Below, piece by piece: positions 20,559 to 29,857 of a stretch of 49,474 nt of DNA (positions are counted from its first letter, which is position 1; every line of letters starts with the position of its first letter). Below the pieces are notes generated by a model that ran no database searches, was not told the origin of the DNA, and saw only the letters and a program-made list of their open reading frames with translations. Location of the stretch: the NCBI GenBank assembly GCA_039922575.1, contig JBDTEK010000137.1:1-49474 (forward strand), read 5' to 3'. The stretch is from Ginsengibacter sp. Its GTDB lineage: Bacteria; Bacteroidota; Bacteroidia; Chitinophagales; Chitinophagaceae. Position numbers and translations under genes: made by a program.

Positions 20559-21236
20559 ATGGTTGAACCCTTTATACACGACAAAAGAAAAGAATTTCAA
20601 CTGGAAAGAATGATTCTTTTCAGTGACGCAGTATTTGCAATTGCCATTACATTACTTGTAATTGAATTAAAAGTTCCTGAAATACCGGCGCCGGTAACAG
20701 AAGACAAAGTCATAAACAGTCTCGCGGTTATTTTTCCCAAATTCATAGGATTTTTGGTTAGTTTTTTTATCATAGGACTTTACTGGACTGTACACCACAA
20801 ATTATATGGTTTCGTAACCGGTTATACACAAAAATTGTTGTGGATTAACCTGTTTTTTCTTCTTGGAATTATATTAATGCCATTTAGCACATCCTTTTAT
20901 AGTGAATACATTTTTTATTATTTAAAAACCCCCGTTATTTTTTATACTTTAAATATTTGTTTTTTAGGTATGATGAATTTCATTCTCTGGAAATATATCA
21001 GCAATTCAAAAAATAATATTTCAATTTCATTTCCGCCGGTGCTGGCAGGCTATTACTCTTTCAGGGCTTTAGCAGTACCCATTATTTTCCTGATCATGTT
21101 AGTAGCTTATCTTTTTGTTCCTAAATATGCAATTGCAATTCCGCCATTAATTCCATTTATAATGTGGATTATAAGCCGTTTTTACAAGAAAAAACTTAAA
21201 TTGAATCCCATTTTAAAAAGCAGCGTTAAAAAATAA
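20559..21236 (+). CDS. TMEM175 family potassium channel (DUF1211)
   Basis: ERMILFSDAVFAIAITLLV signature; six TM segments. Confidence 0.9.
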   Translation: MVEPFIHDKRKEFQLERMILFSDAVFAIAITLLVIELKVPEIPAPVTEDKVINSLAVIFPKFIGFLVSFFIIGLYWTVHHKLYGFVTGYTQKLLWINLFFLLGIILMPFSTSFYSEYIFYYLKTPVIFYTLNICFLGMMNFILWKYISNSKNNISISFPPVLAGYYSFRALAVPIIFLIMLVAYLFVPKYAIAIPPLIPFIMWIISRFYKKKLKLNPILKSSVKK

Positions 21237-21292
21237 TGCAGGGTTATTATTTCATTCAGCAATGATGTAATATTACCTTTACTATTTTCAAT

Positions 21293-22042
21293 GTGATAAA
21301 AATTAAACGCTTTTATTCTTTCTTCTTTCTTTTTATTCTGAGTATCTTCTGTAACAATAATTGTTTTGGCCAGATCATTATCTCCGGTACTGTGTACGAT
21401 TCTACCAAACTTTATGTAGTTCCTTTTGTAAATGTTTACAGTACATCAGGCACCACCACCATTACGGATTCTCTCGGCGCATATCATCTTAATGTATCAG
21501 AAAATGACTCTATTGATTTTTTTTATGGAGGAAAATACACCGTGAAGTTCCCGGTAAAAGATGTAAAGAATTATAACTCTTTTGATATTTCGTTACGTGT
21601 AAAGATCAAGGATAAATATAAATTACTCCAGGGCATTACCGTTTTCTCCAATTCATATCAAAGAGATTCGATGGAAAACAGGGTAACTTATTCAAAAATT
21701 TTTCAAAGAGAAAACCCTACCATCAGGTCAAATTATGAGCCAGGAGGCCCTGCAGGTGTTGATTTAGATCAATTAATCGGCATTTTCCAATTTAGAAAAA
21801 ATAAGCAAAACCTTGCATTTCAGAAACGATTAGTACAAGATGAACAGGACAGATATATTGATTACCGTTTTTCCGCAAAAACAATATCGCGTATAACCGG
21901 GTTGAAAGGGGATGATCTTGAAAAATACAGAAAAATGTACCGGCCTAATTATTTCTTTGTTGTGAACAGTAATCTTACACAGTTCTACGAGTATATTTTA
22001 AATACTTCCTACGCTTTTAAAAAAGAAAATGGAATTCAATAA
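21293..22042 (+). CDS. Secreted protein with carboxypeptidase-regulatory-like (prealbumin-fold) N-terminal domain
   Basis: Signal peptide, ISGTVYDS..., TDSLGAY; family assignment by resemblance only. Confidence 0.6.
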   Translation: MIKIKRFYSFFFLFILSIFCNNNCFGQIIISGTVYDSTKLYVVPFVNVYSTSGTTTITDSLGAYHLNVSENDSIDFFYGGKYTVKFPVKDVKNYNSFDISLRVKIKDKYKLLQGITVFSNSYQRDSMENRVTYSKIFQRENPTIRSNYEPGGPAGVDLDQLIGIFQFRKNKQNLAFQKRLVQDEQDRYIDYRFSAKTISRITGLKGDDLEKYRKMYRPNYFFVVNSNLTQFYEYILNTSYAFKKENGIQ

Positions 22043-22394
22043 ATAAAAAAACTCTTCGTCAAATTTAGTGGATTCAAGCTTTTGGTTGTTAACCTAAGCA
22101 GAAAGCCTAAATACCTGGTTTGCAGAAAACTTATTATGGTACGCTTGGCAGAAAGAAGAAAATAAGGTTGATATCTGTATTTCATAGTTTTCCTTCTAAT
22201 GTTTAAACAATCAATATTGGAGAATATAAAACACTAATTGATTTTCATTTCTTAGAAATAAAATAGAATTCACCTCAAAATTTTCCACCTACTTTTAATT
22301 TCATTTATTTTTATAATAACCTCCCGTTTTAAAACATTTACTTTTGATACAAAAGAAAATAAGTCAATTACTTTCATGTCCTAAATACTAAAAA

Positions 22395-23594
22395 ATGAAG
22401 AAAGCTTTTTTCCTGTTTATAATTACAGTTTTAATCTCTTCTACTTCTAAATCACAATTGTACAAGAAAATACATGCAGAAGCCATTGTATGTGATACGC
22501 ATAATGACATCATCAGCGCCTGCATCGAAAGAGGCTATCGCTTTGATGAAGACCTTAGAGGCAAAACACACAGCGATCTTAACCGTATGTTGGAAGGCGG
22601 CTTGGATGTGCAGGTATTCTCTATTTTCTGTGATGGCAAACAAAAAAATCCTTTCCTTTTTGCTAACCGGGAGATCGACACCCTGTATGCATGGGTGAAA
22701 CGAAATCCTTCTAAAATGATGATTGTAACTACGCCTGAGGAGCTTCAGCAAGCAGTAAAAGAACACAAGCTTGCTTCCATGATGGGTGTGGAAGGCGGTC
22801 ATATGATAGAAGATGATTTAGATAAATTAGACAGCTTATACAATCGCGGCGTAAGGTATATGACCCTTACCTGGAATAATAATAATTCATGGGCTACCAG
22901 CGCAGAATATGAATCAGGAAATCAACGGAAAAATGGCATTATTGATTCCACATCTCAGAAAAAAGGATTGAATAATTTTGGTAAAAAAGTTGTAGAGCGT
23001 ATGAATCAATTAGGTATGATGGTGGACTTAAGCCACGTTGGAGATCAAACCTTTTGGGATGCAATCAATACTTCTACAAAACCTGTTTTGGTCTCTCACA
23101 GTGATGCTTATTCGTTGTGCCCTGTTTTTAGAAATTTAAAAGATGATCAGATAAAAGCAGTAGGCAAAAATGGAGGCGTTATTGACCTGAATTTTTATCC
23201 TGTATTTCTTGATAGGAGCATCGGCGCAAAACAAAAAGAATTTATTAGGAAACACAAAGAAGAAACAAAAGCTCTTATAAAATCAGGGATAAAGGATTTT
23301 ATTGCAGACGACATGATTGCAAAAAAATATCCCAAAGAAGTAGAGGCTATGCAGGCTCCTTTTCATTTATTATTCGACCACATGGAGCACATCATCAAAC
23401 TTGCCGGTATTGATCACGTTGGCCTTGGTGGTGATTTTGATGGAATTTCAGTTACTCCTAAGGTTCTCACAGATGTGACCAAATATCCTATGATAACAAA
23501 AGAGCTCGTAAAACTCGGTTATTCAAAAGAAGATATTTTCAAAATATTAGGAGGTAATTTTATAAGGGTATTTGAAGCCAATCAGAAAGGATAA
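22395..23594 (+). CDS. Membrane dipeptidase (peptidase M19)
   Basis: DTHND, VEGGH, LTWN, VDLSH, VSHS, GGDFDG, GGNFIRV. Confidence 0.93.
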   Translation: MKKAFFLFIITVLISSTSKSQLYKKIHAEAIVCDTHNDIISACIERGYRFDEDLRGKTHSDLNRMLEGGLDVQVFSIFCDGKQKNPFLFANREIDTLYAWVKRNPSKMMIVTTPEELQQAVKEHKLASMMGVEGGHMIEDDLDKLDSLYNRGVRYMTLTWNNNNSWATSAEYESGNQRKNGIIDSTSQKKGLNNFGKKVVERMNQLGMMVDLSHVGDQTFWDAINTSTKPVLVSHSDAYSLCPVFRNLKDDQIKAVGKNGGVIDLNFYPVFLDRSIGAKQKEFIRKHKEETKALIKSGIKDFIADDMIAKKYPKEVEAMQAPFHLLFDHMEHIIKLAGIDHVGLGGDFDGISVTPKVLTDVTKYPMITKELVKLGYSKEDIFKILGGNFIRVFEANQKG

Positions 23595-23754
23595 TATTTG
23601 AAAAAATAAGAACGGCTAAAAGGATGGATTAAATATGAACGAATTGAAATTTTTTAAAGATTTAAAAGAAAGGAAAAAAAAATTTTTCTGTAAAAATAAA
23701 CTGCACGTATTTAATTTGCATAAAGTATCATTAGAAAATTGACAAAATTATTTT

Positions 23755-24504
23755 ATGAAATTATTGGAAAATAAAGTGGCTATAGTAACCGGCGGAAGCC
23801 GTGGAATAGGCGAAGCCATTGCATTAAAATTTGCCGAAAATGGCGCGCACATTGCTTTTACATATGTAAGTAGCGATGAAAAAGCAAATGCATTAGTAGA
23901 AAAATTAAAATCCTTTGGTGTAAATGCGAAAGCCTACAAGAGTAATGCCTCTAATTATAACGAATGTGAAAATTTGGTAAATGAAGTTCAAAAAGTATTT
24001 GGAACTATAGATATTTGTGTAAACAATGCGGGAATTTCAAAGGATAATCTTTTGCTTAGAATGACTCCGGAGCAATGGAATGAAGTAATCAACACCAATC
24101 TCACAAGTGTATTCAATATGACTAAACAGGTGATAAAACCAATGATGAAAGCACGCAAAGGAAGCATCATCAACATGAGTTCGATAATTGGGATGAGGGG
24201 AAATGCAGGTCAAAGCAGCTATGCAGCAAGTAAAGCTGGAATTATTGGGTTCACAAAATCGATAGCAGCGGAATTGGGCAGCAGAAATATAAGATGTAAT
24301 GCTATCGCACCCGGCTTTGTAGAGACAGATATGACGAATTACCTGAAAGAAGGGGATTCGGCGAAAACATTCTTAGAAAAAATACCTTTGGGCCGCTTTG
24401 GAAGCGCAGATGAAATAGCAAATGTTTCACTTTTTCTTGCAAGCGACATGAGTTCATATATTACAGGGCAAGTGATAAGTACCTGTGGAGGATTGAATAT
24501 GTAA
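23755..24504 (+). CDS. fabG: 3-oxoacyl-ACP reductase
   Basis: TGGSRGIG, NNAGISKD, GNAGQSSYAASK, PGFVETDMT. Confidence 0.93.
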   Translation: MKLLENKVAIVTGGSRGIGEAIALKFAENGAHIAFTYVSSDEKANALVEKLKSFGVNAKAYKSNASNYNECENLVNEVQKVFGTIDICVNNAGISKDNLLLRMTPEQWNEVINTNLTSVFNMTKQVIKPMMKARKGSIINMSSIIGMRGNAGQSSYAASKAGIIGFTKSIAAELGSRNIRCNAIAPGFVETDMTNYLKEGDSAKTFLEKIPLGRFGSADEIANVSLFLASDMSSYITGQVISTCGGLNM

Positions 24505-24556
24505 TAATTGATACTTGCTACCTGCCACCTGATTTCCAAAAACAAAACACAATAAA

Positions 24557-25189
24557 ATGGATGCATACAGAAAACTTTTAGAAAAAAACAAGGAATGGGC
24601 TTCAACACAGATCAATGAAGATCCCAATTATTTTACAAGGCTTATTGAATTACAAAAGCCGGAAATATTATGGATAGGATGCAGCGACAGCAGGGTACCT
24701 GCAGATAGGATTACGGGTACACAACCCGGCGAAATATTTGTACATCGCAATATTTCCAACATGGTGATCCATACTGATCTTAATATGCTGAGCGTACTCC
24801 AGTTTGCAGTTGAAATTTTAAAAGTAAGGCACGTAATCGTTTGTGGCCATCACAATTGCGGTGGCGTTTCGGCAGCTATGGAGCACAAAAGTTATGGACT
24901 TATGGATCAATGGATACGGAATATTAAAGATGTATATAAGCTGCACGAAGAAGAGATAAATACGCTGCCAACCCATGCAGAAAAACATCACCTGCTTACC
25001 CAATTGAATGTAAAAGAACAAGTAATGAACCTTGCAAAAACTTCCATTATTCAAAATGCCTGGAAGCACGATCACATACCTCATTTGCATGGCTGGGTTT
25101 ATGACCTCCGGGATGGAATTATTGACCCGGTTTTTGAATTACCTGCAGGAACATTGATTGATCCAATTTTTGAATTGGAAAATGTCTAA
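24557..25189 (+). CDS. can: Beta-class carbonic anhydrase
   Basis: WIGCSDSRVP, HRNISN, CGHHNCGG zinc ligands. Confidence 0.95.
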   Translation: MDAYRKLLEKNKEWASTQINEDPNYFTRLIELQKPEILWIGCSDSRVPADRITGTQPGEIFVHRNISNMVIHTDLNMLSVLQFAVEILKVRHVIVCGHHNCGGVSAAMEHKSYGLMDQWIRNIKDVYKLHEEEINTLPTHAEKHHLLTQLNVKEQVMNLAKTSIIQNAWKHDHIPHLHGWVYDLRDGIIDPVFELPAGTLIDPIFELENV

Positions 25190-25441
25190 TTCAACAATTG
25201 AACATATAAAAAGCATGAATAAGTAACTTCACATTCTCATTAATAAAAAATTACAATGACGTTCGTACACAATATTGGCGTTTTTTTATGGAAGCTATTC
25301 AAATCAATTTTTATCAGGGAAAAGGATTGCTGTAAATAATTTAGTCGTTTTCTCCGAAACCATCAATCAACGTAAATCTTAAAAAAATTTTGAATTCATT
25401 TTTAATTTTTTTTTTAGGTGCTATTTTTTCTAAAAAATTTA

Positions 25442-26707
25442 ATGGAAATATACAATATCATAACCGTCATCATTGTATTGGCGGCTATTTTTGGCTACAT
25501 CAATCACCGGTTTTTCAAGCTCCCGGGAACTATAGGCATCATGCTTATTTCCCTTATCGCCTCATTGTTGGTGGTTGGTATCGGCTATATTTTCCCTACA
25601 TTCTTTTTTAAAACGACTGAAGCTCTTGGCGCTATTGATTTTCAAACAGCAGTATTGAAAGTAATGCTGAGCTTTTTATTATTTGCCGCAGCCATTCAAA
25701 TAGATGCAAAAAAATTAAAAAAAGAAAGAACTACCATCATTACCTTTTCCACCATTGGAGTACTCATTTCTACCCTGGTGGTTGGTTTGCTTTTATATGC
25801 CCTTACTATCCTTTTTGGCCTTTCAGTTAATTTACTTTACTGTTTATTATTTGGAGCGTTGATTTCTCCTACCGACCCTATTGCCGTAACCGCTATTTTA
25901 AAAAAAGCAAAAATTCCGGTAGCTCTTGAGGCAAGAATCAGCGGGGAAAGCCTGTTTAATGACGGTGTTGGAGTGGTGCTATTTATCACCTTTTATGAAA
26001 TTGCCCAAATTGGTTTGGTAAATACCACGGTATGGGATGTCGTGTGGCTATTTATCAGAGAAACCGGTGGTGGCTTGCTTCTTGGCTGGCTATTAGGACA
26101 AATAGGATACCTTGTTCTCCGCTCTATTGACAACTATATAGTACAAGTGATGACTACACTTGCGATAGTGATGGGTGGATATCTGCTTGCAGAAAATCTA
26201 TCAGTCAGCGGTCCATTAGCCATGGTAATAGCGGGCCTCATTACAGGTAATAAAAGCATGGATGTGGTAGTAAGCGATACTTCCCGTGACTATATTGGGA
26301 AATTTTGGGAAATGATAGATGAAGTAATGAATGCAATTTTATTTCTTTTAATTGGATTTGAAATGTTGATTATCCCATTTAATATGACTTTGCTCTTGAT
26401 GGGATGTATTACTATTGTTATTGTGCTATTCGCCCGGTATATTTCTGTATGGCTTCCCATAATAGTTTTGAAAAATAAGAGGCCTTTCGAAAAAAACACG
26501 ATCCCGATCCTCACCTGGGGAGCACTGCGGGGAGGCATTTCCGTTGCTCTCGCTTTGGCGGTTCCAAAATATATGTATGGTGATATGTTAGTTTCAATTA
26601 CTTATATCGTAGTATTATTTTCCATTATCGGGCAGGGACTTACCATTGGCAAATATGCAAAAAAATTAAAGGATGAGGAAGAGCTCCAGGATTCTGCCAA
26701 ACGATAG
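25442..26707 (+). CDS. CPA1 family Na+/H+ antiporter (NhaP-like)
   Basis: FGALISPTDPIAV, GESLFNDG, WGALRGGIS; ATG at 25442 preferred over GTG 25418. Confidence 0.92.
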   Translation: MEIYNIITVIIVLAAIFGYINHRFFKLPGTIGIMLISLIASLLVVGIGYIFPTFFFKTTEALGAIDFQTAVLKVMLSFLLFAAAIQIDAKKLKKERTTIITFSTIGVLISTLVVGLLLYALTILFGLSVNLLYCLLFGALISPTDPIAVTAILKKAKIPVALEARISGESLFNDGVGVVLFITFYEIAQIGLVNTTVWDVVWLFIRETGGGLLLGWLLGQIGYLVLRSIDNYIVQVMTTLAIVMGGYLLAENLSVSGPLAMVIAGLITGNKSMDVVVSDTSRDYIGKFWEMIDEVMNAILFLLIGFEMLIIPFNMTLLLMGCITIVIVLFARYISVWLPIIVLKNKRPFEKNTIPILTWGALRGGISVALALAVPKYMYGDMLVSITYIVVLFSIIGQGLTIGKYAKKLKDEEELQDSAKR

Positions 26708-26758
26708 TTTTTTATATTCCATTTTGCAATATTGCGCCATTACATTAATTTTACAGCG

Positions 26759-26793
26759 TTTCAGGCGGATTTGTTTATTGTTCGGCCCGGAAA
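26759..26793 (+). promoter_or_regulatory. Candidate structured 5' leader element upstream of nhaA
   Basis: GC-rich hairpin TTTCAGG-CGGAT-loop-GTTCG-GC-CCGGAAA directly after a TAATTTTA -7-like box. Confidence 0.35.
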
Positions 26794-26940
26794 TTATCTA
26801 AAGTTGTCTATTTAACTGAACTAATAAACGAAAACATTCTGCCCAATCTACAGGATTTCAATTTCGTTTTTACTTCACTTTTATTTACAAGCTTTGCCCT
26901 TTATTAAGGAAATTTCTCCTTATTAACGATTATAAATGAA

Positions 26941-28113
26941 ATGAGTATTACAAAACTATTCCACGAATTTTTTGAAAGCGAAAAAGGAGGCGTTCTTCTT
27001 ATTTTGTGTACCATTATTTCTCTACTGCTTGCCAACTCATCTATCCAGGAATCTTACCTTGGCATATGGCATTATCAAATAGCAGGCCTTTCAACAGAAA
27101 ACTGGATCAATGAAGGCTTAATGGCCATATTCTTTTTTCTCATAGGGCTCGAATTAAAAAGGGAAATATTCGTTGGTGAGCTTTCCAACCTAAAAAATGC
27201 ATTGCTTCCGGTTTTTGCTGCAGTTGGTGGAATGTTGATCCCTGCTGCTATCTTCACATTCTTTAATTATGGTACTCCTACACAGGCGGGAGCCGGCATT
27301 CCAATGGCAACAGATATCGCCTTCGCAATTGGTGTGCTTTCTCTCCTCGGAAGTCGTATTCCTTCATCCCTGAAAATATTATTGACTGCTATTGCTGTGA
27401 TAGATGACCTCGGAGCTATCCTTGTAATTGCCATTTTTTATACCACCTCATTATCATTATTTAATTTATTCATTGTTGTTTTTATTTTTGGAGTTTTAAT
27501 GGTATTGAACAAATTAAAAATTAATTACTTACTCGTTTATTTAATTGGAGGCATTTTTATGTGGTACTTCATGTTACACTCAGGTGTGCATGCCACTCTT
27601 GCGGGTATTTTACTTGCATTCGCCATTCCTTTTGGAAAAGGTGAAAAAACTTCACTTTCCTACATTTTGCAGGATTGGCTTCATAAACCTGTATCTATCA
27701 TTATTCTACCTCTTTTTGCCCTGGCAAATACAGCTATCGTTTTTGGAAATAACTGGGATACAGGTCTGGCCGCTCCCGGCAGCATAGGTATTTTTGCAGG
27801 ATTAATTATTGGCAAGCCTGCTGGTGTGATTTTATTCAGTTTTTTAGCTGTAATACTCGGCATTTCCACATTACCAAAAGGATTAACATGGAAGCAGGTT
27901 TTAGGAATCGGCTTCCTCGCAGGTATTGGATTTACCATGTCTATTTTTATCACTTTATTAGCTTATGATCATGCCGAAACAATTACTGAATCAAAGATTT
28001 CCATTCTGCTGGCATCATTGGCTTCAGGAATATTAGGATTTTTATGGCTCAGACACTCCCTAAAAAAGCCACCTATAAAAATAATTGCAGAAATAAATAA
28101 CCTACCTAAATAA
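26941..28113 (+). CDS. nhaA: Na+/H+ antiporter NhaA
   Basis: GLELKRE, PMATDIAFA, AVIDDLGA, SGVHAT, GIGFTMSIFI. Confidence 0.96.
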   Translation: MSITKLFHEFFESEKGGVLLILCTIISLLLANSSIQESYLGIWHYQIAGLSTENWINEGLMAIFFFLIGLELKREIFVGELSNLKNALLPVFAAVGGMLIPAAIFTFFNYGTPTQAGAGIPMATDIAFAIGVLSLLGSRIPSSLKILLTAIAVIDDLGAILVIAIFYTTSLSLFNLFIVVFIFGVLMVLNKLKINYLLVYLIGGIFMWYFMLHSGVHATLAGILLAFAIPFGKGEKTSLSYILQDWLHKPVSIIILPLFALANTAIVFGNNWDTGLAAPGSIGIFAGLIIGKPAGVILFSFLAVILGISTLPKGLTWKQVLGIGFLAGIGFTMSIFITLLAYDHAETITESKISILLASLASGILGFLWLRHSLKKPPIKIIAEINNLPK

Positions 28114-28120
28114 TTAGTTA

Positions 28121-29179
28121 ATGAAAAAAACAATTCATGAGTATCTCAATGAACGAATATTAATAATAGATGGCGCAATGGGCACGATGATTCAGCAATA
28201 CAAACTGGAAGAAAAAGATTTTCGTGGAGAAAGATTTAAAGATTGGCATAAAGATTTAAGAGGAAATAATGACCTGCTCAGCATTACACAGCCACAAATA
28301 ATCCAGACAATCCATAATGAATATCTCAAAGCCGGTGCAGATATTATTGAAACCAATACATTTAGCAGCACTTCCATTGCACAAACTGATTACGATTTGC
28401 AATCCATAGCATACGAATTAAATGTAGCCTCAGCACAATGTGCAAGAAAAGCAGTTGATGAATTTTTATCTTCTTCCCTCAGCCGTGTTCCCTCACCACA
28501 AACGCAGAAAGAGGTAAGGTTTATCGCAGGCGCTATCGGCCCTCTCAACAAAACTTTAAGCCTGTCGCCTGATGTAAATAATCCTGGTTTTCGCACGGTT
28601 ACTTTTGATGAAGTGGCGAATGCATATTATGAGCAAATAAGAGGATTGGTAGATGGTGGAGTTGATCTTCTTTTAGTAGAAACTATTTTTGACACGCTTA
28701 ATGCAAAAGCAGCGATTTACGCGATAAAAAAATATTTCAGAGATACTAAAAAGCAAGAATTGCCTATAATGATCAGCGGGACCATAACTGACGCCAGCGG
28801 AAGAACTTTGAGCGGACAAACTTTGGAAGCATTCTATATTTCTGTATCGCATGCTAATCCCTTGAGCATAGGATTAAATTGTGCGCTTGGAGCAAAAGAA
28901 ATGCGTCCGCACATTGAAGAATTAAGCCAGATAGCAAGTTGTTATACATCAGCATATCCCAATGCAGGCTTGCCCAATGCATTTGGAGAATATGATGAAC
29001 AACCGGATGAAACCGCACATATTTTAGAAGACTGGGCGCGGGAAGGTTTTGTAAATATCGTAGGCGGATGTTGCGGAACAACGCCGGAACATATTAAGCA
29101 TATTGCTGAGCAGGTGAAGAAATATGAAGCGAGAAAATTGCCGGTGATGGAGGAAGAATTGGAAACAATGAAAGCATAG
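28121..29179 (+). CDS. metH: Methionine synthase N-terminal part (homocysteine-binding domain), encoded as separate gene
   Basis: [44 protein letters not shown]. Confidence 0.93.
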   Translation: MKKTIHEYLNERILIIDGAMGTMIQQYKLEEKDFRGERFKDWHKDLRGNNDLLSITQPQIIQTIHNEYLKAGADIIETNTFSSTSIAQTDYDLQSIAYELNVASAQCARKAVDEFLSSSLSRVPSPQTQKEVRFIAGAIGPLNKTLSLSPDVNNPGFRTVTFDEVANAYYEQIRGLVDGGVDLLLVETIFDTLNAKAAIYAIKKYFRDTKKQELPIMISGTITDASGRTLSGQTLEAFYISVSHANPLSIGLNCALGAKEMRPHIEELSQIASCYTSAYPNAGLPNAFGEYDEQPDETAHILEDWAREGFVNIVGGCCGTTPEHIKHIAEQVKKYEARKLPVMEEELETMKA

Positions 29180-29180
29180 A

Positions 29181-29211
29181 ATCTTGAAGTCGCAAATTGC
29201 GACTTCAAGAT
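29181..29211. repeat. Perfect palindrome, 15-bp arms with 1-nt centre
   Basis: ATCTTGAAGTCGCAA-A-TTGCGACTTCAAGAT. Confidence 0.95.
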
Positions 29212-29309
29212 AAATTTGATATTCCAAAATGCCATAATAAGTTAATAGGTTGAAATAAGTGAGATAAGGCAAAAGACGGATTTCTCATCTAACATTAAAA
29301 AAGACAGAA

Positions 29310-29855
29310 ATGCCAAAATCAAATTTGCCAACTACCAAAGTGGCGGAAGAAACAATCCTGGAAAAAATTTATGTAACTAGAGGGCTGAAAGTAATGTTGG
29401 ATAGGGATTTAGCAGAAATGTATGGGGTTGAAGTAAAGCGTTTGAATGAAGTTGTAAAAAGAAATGCAACAAGGTTTCCCAAAGATTTTATGGTTAAGGC
29501 AACACGGGAAGAATACAATTCTCTAAGGTCGCAATTTGCGACCTTAGAGAAAGGAAGGCACTCTAAGTACTTACCTAATGCTTTCACAGAACAGGGAGTA
29601 GCCATGTTATCAAGCGTACTAAATTCTGAAACTGCAATACAGGTAAACATCCAAATTATCCGTTTGTTTACAAAAATGAAACAACTCATTTTAGATAACA
29701 AAGATCTTTGGATGAAGATTGAAAAAATAGAACATCACCTGGTAAAAAATGATGAAGAAATAAAAACAATATTTGCGTATTTAAAAAAATTACTAATACA
29801 GGAAAACAAACCGCGGAATCCTATTGGATTTAGAATTCCCGGTAAAACAAAATAA
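29310..29855 (+). CDS. ORF6N (KilA-N-related) domain protein
   Basis: [56 protein letters not shown]-terminal RNPIGF. Confidence 0.9.
   Translation: MPKSNLPTTKVAEETILEKIYVTRGLKVMLDRDLAEMYGVEVKRLNEVVKRNATRFPKDFMVKATREEYNSLRSQFATLEKGRHSKYLPNAFTEQGVAMLSSVLNSETAIQVNIQIIRLFTKMKQLILDNKDLWMKIEKIEHHLVKNDEEIKTIFAYLKKLLIQENKPRNPIGFRIPGKTK
29519..29551. repeat. Perfect palindrome, 16-bp arms with 1-nt centre, inside ORF6N CDS
   Basis: TTCTCTAAGGTCGCAA-T-TTGCGACCTTAGAGAA, encodes [10 protein letters not shown]. Confidence 0.95.
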
Positions 29856-29857
29856 AA

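Noticed and set aside
22135-22155. Sigma-54 promoter (TGGTACGCTTGGC)
   Set aside because: GG and GC are not at the required -24/-12 spacing.
29181-29211. Standard intrinsic terminator
   Set aside because: No U-tract on either strand, and the core is shared with the intragenic palindrome.
28942-29235. Minus-strand ORF containing LKSQFATS as a second ORF6N gene
   Set aside because: The motif arises only from palindrome P1; the rest is antisense to metH with no ORF6N similarity.
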